From assembly GCF_009914755.1 (NCBI RefSeq), contig NC_060933.1: 64,000 bases of DNA, one strand, 5' to 3'. Numbering within the stretch: the first letter of the stretch is position 1; each line of letters opens with the position of its first letter. Shown one piece after another: positions 1 to 14,849 of the stretch. A model generated the notes under the pieces. It was given only the letters and a program-made list of their open reading frames with translations. It did not search any database and was not told the origin of the DNA. Both the position numbers and the translations under genes were made by a program. This stretch comes from the human T2T-CHM13v2.0 reference genome, Homo sapiens.

Positions 1-514
1 TGCCGCAGGGCTGAACCTGAACCTATGAGGTGTCTTCTTCCTAGTTCCATAAAATCTCTTACTTCTAAGAGATCTCTTGGAGAGGTAGCTGCCAACAAAC
101 AGTATCCAAAAGACTGAGAACAAATAACGCTCCAGCCCAGTGATTCTTTGTTTAATAATTATTTTGGAGGAGGGGATATTAATTATTATTATGCAAAAAG
201 TAGAAAACCAAGGACAAGAAGAAAGGAGGATGAAAAAGAAGACGAGAAAAATTATAAGGAAGAGGCCTCTGTGGCCAAATAAATTTAGAAATTTCTAGAT
301 TAAGTGAAAGTAAACAAATTTCTGTACTTTCTGACTTTTTGTAGAGTAAAAATATTCTTTGAGAATATTCTGAAGAAGGTGCTTTAAATTTTACAAACTT
401 ATCCAAAGCTTTTGTTTTCCATAGATTCTCACATCAATGTAGTTTTACAAAATACTTTAGGAAATAATGCACTCCCACTTCCTGAAAGAACTATATAACC
501 ATCTGTGTTATTCA

Positions 515-740
515 TATTTAATTCATTAATATATTCACTCATTCATTCATGCATATATTTATATAGTCATTCAAAATTTTGACTAGCATTCATTGTGATC
601 TGAGCACTACAGATACAAAGATGAATGAATAGAATCCTAGTCCCTAAGGAATATGCTGTCTGATTAGAAAATGGGCATTTGGATGAATAAATTATAAAAT
701 AATGTGATAAGGGCAATAATATGAAAACAAGAGATTCTGA
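515..740 (-). mobile_element. L2 3' end fragment
   Basis: (CATT)n-like tail followed by agcactacagatacaaagatgaat, typical of an antisense L2 3' end. Confidence 0.55.
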
Positions 741-789
741 GAGCACACAACAGGGCGAATCAATTTTCCCCTTTAGTTTAAAATGTATT

Positions 790-860
790 AGTCTCTCTTT
801 CATAAAACGGGAATGATAATACTTTCTCCATAGGATTGTTGGAAGACAGAATAGACTTCG
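790..860 (+). mobile_element. MIR core fragment
   Basis: cataaaacgggaatgataatactttctccataggattgttg resembles the MIR core. Confidence 0.5.
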
Positions 861-2064
861 CTGAAAAGAGGCGTGAGTAGCCTAATTTGGTGGTCTGTGT
901 TTTGTGAATTTGGTAGCAAGAGAACATTAAAAGAAATGCTGAAGTTAGGAATAAGAGAATCAACTGTAGAACTTGTGAGGGGTACCCAGTGAGAGGAACA
1001 AGATAGCAAATGTATGTAAGAAATGGTCTTGGCTATATGTTTGGGAGCAAGGAAAGAGCTCAGCAAGTGCTTATGGCAAATTAACTGCATTACACATTTT
1101 AGTTCTGCCATGGAGAGAAACAGAATCACTTCACAATACTACTAGATCTGAAGAGTTGATGAATTCTCACCTATCCATGTTGCTTAGACCGAAGCAACAG
1201 CAGCAACCTCAGAGAGAGTCAGTTCACTTTGCTACTTTTAGCATATTTTCTATTTTTCATTGTCCATAAATTTTTCTTCTAAGTTGCTGGCTGATTTAAT
1301 CTCAAACGTCCACTTCTCAAAACGCATACCTCCTGTAAACTGACTGTGTTTATTGAGCCCCAACCCAGGTCAGCAAAACATGACATTGCTACATGGTTAA
1401 ATAAAGTCAACTGATCCGAGTTCAACATGATGCATTACTGGATCCACAAAGGATCTGGAATCCAGCTGCACTCCCCACAAGGCAAGGATCTAACATGTCG
1501 TTCTATGATGCTCCTTTGGAAATCTGGAGTAAGAATTATACTATATAAAACCAAATTCTCTTATCTTATAAAACCACATTTTAAAAATCTTTAAGTCTCA
1601 GAGGGAGGTTGCAGTTGAATCAAGCCCCAAAATAGCTCTGGCAACTTTCATGAGAAAAGCAATACATATTTATTACATTTAATATCTTTTAACATAATTC
1701 AGACACATTCACTGTTCAGAGAGTTTTTTGTGTTTATTTTTTTTAGAATTTTTTTTTATGTGATCTGAGAATTGAATGAACAGAAAAGGGAAAAATGAAG
1801 AAGAAAATTTTGGCTTCAGCAGCAGCTGTACCTTTCTGGTGTTTGCTCTGAATTTTATTAGCTAAAATTTACTCTCTAGCAGGTGGCTAACTGTGAATGC
1901 AGGAAATTACTAGGCTTGTCCTTAGACTCTGAAGATGGGTGAAGGGTGCAGTCAGAGAATAGTAGAGCTCAAAATCTGCTTCAGAAATCACTGTTAATGG
2001 GTAGATTGTGTAAGTATTTTCTTGTTGGCAAAATGCCTTTCATATATTTTTACATATCTCATTG

Positions 2065-2440
2065 AGGCTAATTTTACATGGGAGGAAACTGAGAATCAGA
2101 AATCGTATTTCACAAGGTTGTGCATATGGTGGTTGCAGAAACCAGGATGAGGAAATCATCACTTTTAATTTCTTTAATTACTTGAGCTCTTTCTACACTA
2201 CCACATGGCTTCCAAACCCTTCATTCATTCATTCAAAAATTACTGTATTGTGTTCCTATTATGTGCTAAGTTTTAGAAGTGTGGTTTTGAAAACCATAGA
2301 TACATTTCCAGTGATCTTGGAGTTTTAGCTCTGGTTTTACAGATGAGGAAATGAAAACTTAGAATAACCAAGTTGCTACCTTTTAATCACAAAACTAATT
2401 TGTGGTAAAGCTGGGAATAGACCTCAGCTCTCTGATAATT
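2065..2440 (-). mobile_element. MIR / L2 tail / MIR cluster
   Basis: ttttacatgggaggaaactgag and ttttacagatgaggaaatga MIR cores with a (CATT)n L2 tail between them. Confidence 0.55.
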
Positions 2441-2996
2441 AAAAAAATGAAAGCCTTGCCTACAAATCAAAATTGCATAAATGGAATCCCATTTCCTGCC
2501 AGCTTCCATTATTACGGTAGAAATGCTTTACGTTCACTTCTGATTGATTTCCAATGGGCGGTGGCCTTCAACATTTTTAATGGTTTCTTGTTTTGAACAC
2601 ACCCTCATCTTCGCCGGTTTCCTTATCTTTCTAGTAGATGATCTTTAAGCAAATTTATTTGTTAAAAAGAAATCAATGTTGAAAACATACAGACAAACAC
2701 TCACACGCTTAATTGAATGAACATTTTCAGATATAAGTCACATTCTACTTTATTTTTTATCCATTCACTTGCATAGATGGGGAAAGTGTGGGATGCTTTT
2801 TTACATTTGGACTCATCTGGAATGCAGTTTGCCTGCATTTTAAAAAATACTTTTGTGGCAATTAAGGTTTATAGGTATAAAGGAAACAACAGTGCATATT
2901 TTATTTTGCCAGTAGATCCTCTATCTTAGCAATATTGCAGAAAAAAAAATAGAAACACAGGATAAGAAAGCTAGAAGATATTTTAATCATTATGTG

Positions 2997-3236
2997 TAGT
3001 GGTTGTTAATTTTTGGAGACCAAAACTTTTTAAAGAATTTGATTAATTATATTTTAATAAAATGTGCTCTTTCATTTACAAAAAACAAAATTTAATGAAA
3101 ACAACACATGGTCTTTCTAGGCAAACCAAACATACGTACAGGCTTACAAAATATTGTGTACAGCATTAGACAGTCAACGGCTCTCTGAAGCATATCATCC
3201 TTGAGGGCTCCAGGGATCTCCTATGTAAGAACACAG
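2997..3236 (-). mobile_element. hAT-Charlie MITE (Charlie4z-like)
   Basis: ends tagtggttgttaa ... taagaacacag; internal ctctctgaagcatatcat..cagggatctcc resembles the Charlie4z reverse strand. Confidence 0.4.
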
Positions 3237-3559
3237 TCCCCACTGCCCTTTGAGAGTAAGAGCTCTGCTTATTGGGTTCAGTGATTTGTCTGAAGCAACT
3301 AGAACTGCACCTGCCTCATTATAGTATTCCATAAGCTTTTGATTGACCAAATGGATGTTCCATTAGAAGAAAATGTAGGTTCTATTTCATCCAGGGCTTT
3401 CTTATTCATCTTCTACACACAAAATCATCTTCTATAATGAAATCTTACATAAAAAATCAATATATAAACTTATAAAAGTATAACTGTCCTGAATGAAACG
3501 GGAGTGGGGCTAAGCCCAGAATCTTGTTCAGGTACATTTGCTCCCACTCATAAAACCTG

Positions 3560-3715
3560 TGTGAACCCCTGGGGAATTTCTTGTTATGCAGATGAAGAAG
3601 CAGAGGGACTATTACATTAGTCATGGTCAGACAGCAAAGAAATTGCAGAGCTGAGATTTGATTATAGGCTGCCTTAATCTTGAACAATGACTCTTACTGA
3701 CTCTGCTATAATCAA
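3560..3715 (-). mobile_element. MIR
   Basis: gcagatgaagaagcagagg...gcagagctgagatttga. Confidence 0.5.
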
Positions 3716-4084
3716 GCCTTTTGAAAAGTTTATAACCTTAAATTGAAAATAGTTGGCAAAGCCAATGATCTAAGCAGACTTCTTCAAAATAAAAATGAAG
3801 AAACTGATATATGTTTGTGAAGTGACATAAACAAGATCTCTCGGTTTTTGCATTTGGTGCTACATAGTCATAGAAGATGAACTTTTGATTCAACACATTT
3901 ACATTTATCAACCTGGTAATATGTTCCAGGCTTTGCTAAGTGCTGTAAGCATAATGAGTCACACTTGTTTTTCAGGGATTTGTGATCTGGAAGTGAAGAC
4001 AGAGAAAAGGTATCTGCAATGGAACATGATGTATTATATAATGTTATATGTTTTTATCTCTCATCCCAACTCATTGGACAATTC

Positions 4085-5160
<1,076 letters not shown>

Positions 5161-5459
5161 AGTTAATGAGCCAAAGGAGACATAAAGTTTTGTGAGACTT
5201 TGCAATTTCACAATGCAGGGATGTGTGACGAAACAGACATTTCCCAGGGAAAAGTTTATGAAGCTTGATAACACCTTTTAAAACATATTTGTTGTCCTGA
5301 AATCCAGCTGTTGCCTAAGATTGTCTTGTGTCAGGTAAGTATTCTCTTGGGCACTTCAGGCATTGATTGACAACCAGTTTTTTTGTTACAAAGAATTACA
5401 AGCCATATATTCAGAATGTTCAGCGCAAGACTTGCTCATACCTATCTCTTCATGGAAAA

Positions 5460-5650
5460 GATATAAGCTTTGAAGTTCTAAACACTGGAATGGACTCCTG
5501 GCCTTGTACCTTAACATCTGCAAGATCTATAAAACTTCTATGAACTTCAGCATCTCTGATTTGTAAAGAAAGTGGAATACCTCTCACAAAGAATCACTGC
5601 TAGTATTTAAAATAAGGTACTTGAAGCATTGCAAATAGCTTCACTGTTAT
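5460..5650 (+). mobile_element. MIR
   Basis: ctttgaagttctaaacactgg...cttcagcatctctgatttgtaaagaa. Confidence 0.45.
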
Positions 5651-5749
5651 TATCCGTGATATACCTAAAGAGATAGGGATAATTTCTGTACAGATCACAT
5701 TTTTCTCCTTCTAGAGCCAAGAGTATTTAGAATGTTGTTACTCTGTGTC

Positions 5750-6340
5750 AGGACTAATGGTCAATAGCTCTGACAACTGCATTTCTACGTGTCCTCTGGG
5801 GAGCTCCTTCAAAGTTTAATTGACCTCATTGTCAGGACATGTATCCTGATACTTGGACAACATTTTAATTTCTATGTTACATCTTCTAATTTCTATTTAA
5901 ACCTCCATGGGGCAACATTAACAATCTTTCTGCTTCTCCTGTGTGTGTGTCCTTCAAATATTTATGTTGTTAGTATGTCCCTCCTTAGTTATGCCCCATC
6001 TATGTACACAGTACTTAATTCTTCTAATCTTTTCTCATAAATAAATCCCTCCAGTCATTTCATCATACTCCCTGATGTTCTTTGAATCTCTTCCAATTCC
6101 TTGACAGCTCTCTCATGTTGAGATGCCCAGAATTGTTTACAGTATTCTAGGTGCTATCTTATCAGCCTCATGCTGAGCGGCTCTCTCCCCTTGATGGTTC
6201 TTGACAGCCTGCCTCGCTGCCTGGGGTTCAAGGATGCTGTTTGGAGCCTCTAGTCACCATTTAACTTGTAATATCTTTCCTCACCATTCATTGCAGACAT
6301 CCTTCAGCGTTCATTTCCATTCCAAACAACCACTATGTGA
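5750..6340 (-). mobile_element. CR1/L3-class LINE, ORF2 C-terminal remnant
   Basis: minus-strand translation of 6165->5950 gives LIR*HLEYCKQFWASQHERAVKELEEIQR...LEGFIYEKRLEEL...LRRDI, matching CR1 LVRPHLEYCVQFWAP...LERVQRR...YEERLREL...LRGDL. Confidence 0.85.
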
Positions 6341-6469
6341 TGGCAACTTTTCAGTCCTGGCAGGGGATGATTATGAACTTTGACCCTTCAGAGCTGAGTG
6401 TCAATCATTGTGAAAGGTTGTAGATGTTTTTGGAAGGGTTTGATTACAGCGTAGACATTAAAAGTCCTT

Positions 6470-6995
<526 letters not shown>

Positions 6996-8160
6996 TTAAT
7001 TGAGATAAATGTACGTGAACTGCACATATTTTGAGTTTACAGTTTGTTGAGTTTTGGGAATCTATACCCAAAATAACCAACACTCAAATCGAGATATTTT
7101 CGTATTTGAGGAAGTTGTCTCAGGCACCTTTGCTGTACATCTACCCTTCCCTTCAGGCAATCACTTAACTGAGTTCTTTCAGCATAGCCTGGTTTTGCCA
7201 GTTCCAGAAATTCATTTCAGCATAGCCAAATGCTATTTTTCATATCTGTCTTCTTTTACTCAATATGTTTTTGAAAATCAATAGTATTATTATGTGTATG
7301 AAAAATTATTTATATTTCTGAATAATATTCCATTGTATTAATAGTTTGCAATTACTTTATCCAATCCTCTGTTGGTAGAATTTGGATTGTTTCCAGCTTT
7401 CTACTATTATGAATAATGCTAATATGAATATTCTTATTCAAGATGTTTTTGTGGATGTGTGTTTTCATGTAATCACATTGGCGTGGAGTTACTGGGTTTT
7501 AGGGTAGGTGTAAATTTACCTTTATAAGAAACTTCTAAGAAGTTTTCAAAAGTAGTCATTGTGTTTTGTACTTCTACTAGCAATGTGCGAAAATTCCAGC
7601 TGTTCCACATCCTCATTAATGTTTGGTATTTAGAGACTTTTTAATATCAACCATTCTAGTGAATATAAAGTATAATTATGGATTTAATTTAATTTTGTGA
7701 TGATAAATGGAGAAACTTTAATTGTGCTTATTGGCTATCTATGTATTTTCTTTTGAGGTATGATTGGGCAACAGTACCACTGAAAATTAGATTATTTATC
7801 TTTTTATTACATTTCATGGCTGATGACCATGTTTTCTGAATATACTCCTTTTCCTAGATATACACACACACTTATATATAGTGAGTATCTTCTTCAGGTC
7901 TTTGATTTGTCTTTTTATTTCCTTAACAGTATCTTTTGAAGAACGGAAATATTTATTTTTGATGAAGTTCAATTTACCTTTTTTCCCTCTTTTGTAGTGG
8001 GCTTTTCTTTTATCCTTTCTAAAAGAAATGCTTGTTTACCACAAGTTTTCAAGATTTTTTTCTTTCCTTAATGAAAATTTTATAGTTTTAGCTTTTTTCA
8101 ATTAAGTTTATGATAAATATTAAAATAACTTTTATATATGGTGTGAGGTAGAAGTAAGCG

Positions 8161-8178
8161 TGTGTGTGTGTGTGTGTG
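8161..8178. repeat. (TG)9 microsatellite
   Basis: read directly. Confidence 0.95.
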
Positions 8179-10717
8179 TTTAAATCAGATCCAATTTTAT
8201 AACACATCATTTGTTGAGAAAAAATTATTCTTACTTACTAAATTACCTGGCACCATTTCTTGAAATCAGTAGACAATATATATGTGGGTTTATTATAGGA
8301 ATCTCTCTGGTCCATTATTCTACTTGCCTGTCCTTACACCAGTACTACATCATCTTGACTACTGTAGTTCATAGTCTTTACATTAAGAAATATGAGTCTC
8401 CAGCTATGTCCCTTTTTGAAATATTGTTTAGGTTATTCTGAGCTATTTGTAATCACTTATAGATCTTAGAATCTGCTTGTTAATTTCTACAAAAAACACT
8501 GCTGGGATTTTGATTGGAATTGCATTGAAAAAACATCAATTTGGGGGAAACTAATATCTTAATATATAGTCAGCTCTTGAACTAGGTATATCTCTCATTC
8601 ACTCAGGTCTAGATTTCTCTCTGAAGTATTTGTTATGTGTAGTATTCGGTGTAGAGGTTTTCTACATTTTTTCATTAAATTTTTTACCTAAGTATTATGA
8701 CTTTCGATCATAATTAATGACATTATTTTGTGGTAACTTTGTTTTCCACTTCTTGAAATTTTATGAAACAGTTGATTTTATATATTGGCCTTGTATCTAA
8801 TGACTATGCTAAGATTACTTATTTGTGCTAGTTTGTATGTTGGGGTGTGTTTGAGCATTGTACATTCTTTATAGTTTTCTATGTAATTATACTTTCAGTA
8901 AACACAGTTTATTTTACTTCCTTCTTTCTGATCCTTATTTTCACTTCTTTTACTTGCCTTATCATACCAGTAGTACAATATTCAATAGAAGTGATGAAAG
9001 CATATTTATTTTACTTTTCTCAAAATCTTAAGAGAAAAATAGTCAATATATTACCATCAATTATGATGTTTTAATTTTTCACAGATTGTCTTTATAAATT
9101 TAAGAGAATGTTTTTATTCAATTTTGCTGATAGTTTTTACAAGCATTGAGCTTTTCAAATGATTTTCCTACCTTTACTATGTTTGTTTGTTTTATCTCTT
9201 TTATTCTGTGAATGCAGCAAATTGCATTGTTGAACTTTGAACATTAATCCAATCTTACATTACTGAGATAAAACATACTTGGTTATTATGAATATGGCTG
9301 AATTCTATTTGCTAATATTTTATTGAAGATGTTTGCATGTCTGTTCATGATAAATATTAGACTGCATTTTTTTTATAATGTCCTTGTTCCATTTTAGTGA
9401 CAGGATTATGCTGGGCTCAGAAAATGAATTACAGAATACCCTTTCCTTTTGCCTTTTCTGAAAGAGGTTGAATAATATTGGTGTCAAGTACAATTAAATA
9501 TTTGAAGGAATTTATCAGTGAAGTGATTTAAGCCTGGATTTTTCAGTATAGGGAGGTTTTTATTTAGATTTTTTATTTTTTATGTTTTTAATTCAACTTT
9601 TATAAAGTTGTGTTTTTCAAATAACTTGTCTCTTTTAGACGCTGTCATTAGCACACATTTCCTCATAATACTTCTTTATTGTTCTTTTTAATTTATATAA
9701 AATCTTTCATTTCCTGAAATTGGTAATTTATCTTTTCTCTCTTTATTTTAATAATCTATCAGTTCATTTTAATAATATTTTAAAAGAGCTAATTTTGACA
9801 TTTTTGATTTTTCCCTATAGATAATCTGTGCTATATTAAATTCATTTTTAATTTCCTTTTTCTATTTATTTAACATTAATATTCTTATTCTAGCTACTCG
9901 TGTTGGAAACTTATATAATAAATGTTAAGGTTTTCTTGTTCCATAATATAGGAAATTAAAGCTATTCATTTCCCTTTGAGAACTGCTTTAGCTACGTTCT
10001 ACAAATTTGGACATATTGTACTTTCAGTATTATCTGTTGTCAAATTTTTAAAATTTCCATCATAATTTCTTCTTTGACCTACATGTAATTTAGAAGCATC
10101 TTTAAAGATTTTCTAATATTTGAAAATTTTTTGAGATATTATTGTTATTGATTTCTAACTTAGTTTCTTATTGTCAAGATATAGCCTTTTTGTGATTTCA
10201 GTTATTTTAATCTGTTGATACATATTTTATGGTCCAGCATGTGGCGTATCTTAGCGAATGTTTCATATGCACTTGAAACAAATTAGTATTGTGCAGATGT
10301 TGAATTAATTCTGGAAACACCTATTAAACTAGGCTGGGTAGATGTCTACTATATCTTTACTGAGAGATAATTTTTCTTATTTATTAACTTCTGAGAAAGG
10401 ATTATTAAAAACTTAATCAAAAATTAAGATTTAATTTTGTTAATTTTGTCTTCATGTATTTTGAATTTCTGTTACTAGGTGCCTATGCATTCATGATTCT
10501 TTATCTTCTTGGTGAATTGATCCTTTCATCATTATAAAATGACTGTTTATAATAATACTCTGTCTTGAGGTCTATTTTGTATGTTATATAGCTATAACTG
10601 CTTTCACAGATTTAGTGGTTTCATAGCATATTGTTTTTTCATCCTTCACTTTCACCTTGTCTGTTTCTTTGTATTTAAAATTTCCTCTTATAATCAGCTT
10701 ATAGCTGGTTCTTTCTT

Positions 10718-12588
10718 AAAAAAAGTAATTTCAACTTTTATTTTAGATTCAGGGGGTACATGTACAGGTTTGTTACATGGATGCCTTGTGTGATGCTGAG
10801 GATTGGGGTACAAATGATCTTTTCAACCAGGTAGTGAGCATAATACCCAATAGGTAGTTTTTCAGCCCTTGCCCCCCTTTCTCTGTGCCCCTCTAGTAGT
10901 CCCAGTGTCTGTTGTTTCCATTTTGATGTTCATGTCTGCACAATCTTTAGGGTCCACTTATAAGTGAGAATATGTGGTATGTAGCTCTCTGTTTCTGTGT
11001 TAATTCACATAGGCTAATGCCCTCCAGTTGCATATATCTTGCTACAAGGGACATGTTTTTGTTCTTTTTATGGCTGTTTAGTATTCCATGGTGCATATGT
11101 ACTACATTTTACTTATCCATCTACCATTGATCAGCACCTCAGTTGATTCTATGTCTTTTCTATCATGAATAGTGCTGTGATGAGCATATGAGTGCATGTG
11201 GCTTTTTAGTAGAAGGTTTTATTTTCATTTGGCTACCCAGCAATAAGATTGCTGGGTTGAATGGTTTCTGTTTTAAGTTCTCCCAGAAATCTCCAAACTG
11301 CTTTCCCCAATTGCTGAACTAATTTACATTGACACCAACAGTGTACAAGCATTCCCTTTTCTCTGCAGCCTCATAATCATGTCGTTTTTTGACTTTTAAT
11401 AATAGTTATTCTGACTGGTGTTAGATGGCATCTCATTGTGGTTTGGATTTGCAGTTCTTTGATGATTAGTAATGTTGAACATTTTTTCATGTTTTTTGGC
11501 TGCTTGTATGTCTTCTTTTGAGAAATATTTGCTCATGTCTTTTGTCCACTTTTTAATGGGGTTATTTGTTTTTAGCTTGTTGAATTGATAAAATTCCTTA
11601 TAGATTTTGGATATTAGACCTTTGTTGGATCCATAATAATTTGTGAATATTTTCTCCCATTCTGTATGTGGTCTGTTTACTCTGTTGGTAGTTTCTTCTG
11701 CTGTCCAGAACCTCTTATTTTAAGTAGGACTCACTTGGCAGATTTGATTTTGTTGCAATTGCTTTTGTAGACTTAGTCATAAGTTATTTTCCAAGGCCAA
11801 TATCCAGAGTGGTATTTCCTAGGTATTCTTCTAGAATTCTTATAGTTTAAGGTCTTACATTTAAATCTTTAATTCATTTAGAGTTAATTTTTGTGTATGG
11901 TTAAAGGTAAGCGTCCAGTTCCATTTTTCTCCATATGGCTAGCCTGCTATCCTAGTGCCATTTATTGAATAGGGAGTCCTTTCCCCATTGCTTATTTTTG
12001 TCAACTTTTTTGTCAAAGATCAGATGGTTGTAGATGTGAGGCTTTATTTTTAGGATCTCTACTCTGTTTCATTGGTATACATATCTGTTTTGTATAAAAA
12101 TCAGTAGCACTTCTATATACCAATAACATTCAAGCTGAGAGCCAAATTGAGAATGCAATTCAATTTACAATGGCCACACACAAAAAAGAAAATACCTAGG
12201 AATACATCTACCAAAGGAGGTGAAAGATCTCTACAAGGAAAACTACAAAATGCTGCTGAAAGAAATCGTAGATGACACAAAGAAATAGAAAAACATTCCA
12301 TGCTCATGGATTGGAAGAATCAATATTGTTAAAATGGCCATACTGCTCAGAGCAATCTACACATTCAAAGCTATTCCTATCAAACTACTGACATTTTTTT
12401 TACAGAATTTGAAAAAAAAAAACCTATTTTTAAATTCTATATGGAATCAAAAAAGAGCCTGAATAGACAAAATAATCTTAAGCAAAAAGAACTAAGCCAG
12501 AGGCATCATATTTCTCCACTCCAAACTAAGCTATAAGGCTACAGTAACAAAAACAACATAATACTAGTACAAAAACAGACACATGGAT
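10718..12588 (-). mobile_element. L1PA15/16-like, 5'-truncated with twin-priming inversion (minus ~10727-12094, plus ~12091-12584)
   Basis: 3' end ttttattttagattcagggggtacatgt...; strand switch at the tgta microhomology 12091-12094; diverged TSD ttatagctggttctttctt (10699-10717) / ttatagttgcttcttgactt (12589-12608). Confidence 0.9.
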
Positions 12589-14849
12589 TTATAGTTGCTT
12601 CTTGACTTTATTATCTAGTCTGATAATCTAGTCAGATAATCTCTGAATCTCTGCCTGTTTACAGTTAAAAGGAGTGTTTACTCCATTTACATTTAGTGTA
12701 ATTATTGATATTGCTCATAATATTTGTGTTTGGTTTTTTATTCTTTATCTTTCTTTTTATTTTCTTCCAATTACTGTGCTCCTATTCTTCATTATCTTTT
12801 CCTTCTTTCTTTCTTTTTCTTTTTTCATTTGGATTGAGTATTAGCTATTTTTCTATGCTTGCTTGTTTTTTATTTTCCCAAATAGGTGCTTTAGGGATTA
12901 AGATATTCACCCTTTAGTTTTCAGTTTTATTTTAATCAATATCAGAATATTTTATATATAATGTAAGGACCATATAACGGAATAATTGGACCTAAATTTT
13001 CTCTCAGCCTTTGTACTGTTATTGCCATATATTTTACTTCTACATATACGTCCTGCTATATGATTTTTTTCTTTTTTCTTTAAACATTCAAGTGACCTTT
13101 AAAGATTTTTTTAAAATGAAAGATAAAACATTCTCTATATTTACCCACATGTTTCACATGACCAGTGTTCTCATTCCTTCTTGATGATTCAGATTCCAAG
13201 AATGTATTATTTCCTTTTCAGCATAAGAAATTTCTTTAGCTTTACTTGTAGTGTGGATTGCTTGATGATACATTTTCTCAGATTTTGTTTATCTGAAATT
13301 ATATTTTCTTTAACTCAACATTTTTACTAAAGAGAAAATATTTGGTTGAAAGTTGTGGGGCATTTTGTTTGCTGGTTTTGTTCTGTTTTTCTTTGTTTCA
13401 GTAATTTAAAACATTTTTTATGACTTTATTATGTCTGTCTCTTTCTTAATCATTGTTTCTCTTTATGTAAAGTTTCTTCTTTTTTTGCCTCTTTTACTAT
13501 TTTTAAGTTTCTCTAGTTTTAAGCAGTTTCAACATGATGTGGTTAGGTCTAGTTTTCTCACTGTTTATCGCTTTTGGAATTCACTGAGATTCTTAGATAT
13601 GTAAATTACTGTTTTTTGATGAACTCTGGAAAGTATTTGGCTAATATCTCTGTTAATATATAATTTTTATTCCATTTTCTCTCTCTTCTCTTTATGGGTC
13701 TCCAATTACAAATATGTTATGGTTTGATAATGACACATAGTTTATTGAGGCTTGGCTAATTTCTTTCTCTCCCCTGATTCACTTATATTCACCTTTCTTA
13801 TGGAATGTGTATTTGACTTAACATGTATCTCATAATATGCTCTTTTAAAAAATTTATTATACTCATTTTTTGTGGATTGTTAAATTTATAATTATTTTTC
13901 AATTTTTTCTGCCAATTCTTGATAACATGTAATTATGATTTTATTCATTTTTTCATGATTATGACCCATATTTTCCTATTTCTTCACATGTCTAGTAAAT
14001 TTCTTTAAACATTGTGATACTGTGAATGACACCAAGAAATTCTGTATTCTGCTATTTCCTTTGGAAGAATGTTGATTTTATGTTCTGGGGCATTTAAATT
14101 GCTAACATACTACCTTACATTTGTGGAGGCTTTTATTGATTTGTTTATTTATTTTAGATCAGGTCTAGTTCCATTTTGGTCTCAGTCCTAGGGTAAACCA
14201 TTAATCTTGGATGTAGATTGTACTTCTAATATGTGGTCTTTCTAGGCGTCAATGAAAAACTCAATGCATTTGCCAAGGAAGGCACTCTACCTATGTGGGA
14301 CTGCACTGTAATTTCTGTCTCCCTGCAATGGGCAGCCACTGAAATCTCTGCTCTACCATTATGGCATTGTACCAGTGCTTCCACTCTGGGCTTGTTGGAT
14401 TCTCACCCACAAGTGCATAGTTCAGGTGTAAGTTAAAATTTGAAGAACTTTTTCCTCTTTAACTTGGTTTGGGGCTCATTTCTTGGATTTCCTCCTGGAT
14501 GTCTAGTCACTGTAGCATTCTCAAACTCCAACTTATGACTCATTAGCCAATAAGACTGCAGCTTTCTGTTTGAGCTCTGGTTGCTACATGTTATGTAGAC
14601 TAGTCAGTGTCCTCAGTAGTAAAAGCATGTCATTTTGGGTAGCACTTAATGCATTTGACCTTTGTCTTCATGGGTCAAATATCTTCCAAGTTTGCCTATT
14701 TTTATTTATTTTCCATGTCTGTAAGTAGTTTTTAAAAATGTATTTCGCCTGGAGTTTGCAATTATTATCAGCAGGGAGATTGGAAAATCCAAGCTACTCA
14801 TTATTACAGGAAGTCATAAATAGTTATTTTATTTTTAGAAAATATTTTT

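Larger units (their letters stand above)
6996..14815 (-). mobile_element. Near full-length ancient L1 (L1ME-like), interrupted by L1PA15/16 at ~10718-12588
   Basis: L1ME-type 3' UTR at 7.0-7.3 kb, T-rich antisense ORF2 throughout, L1ME-type 5' terminus (...aagctactcattattacaggaagtc) at ~14815. Confidence 0.75.

Noticed and set aside
5308-5340. Perfect donor CAG|GTAAGT at 5335
   Set aside because: No strong upstream acceptor or open exon; isolated donors are common
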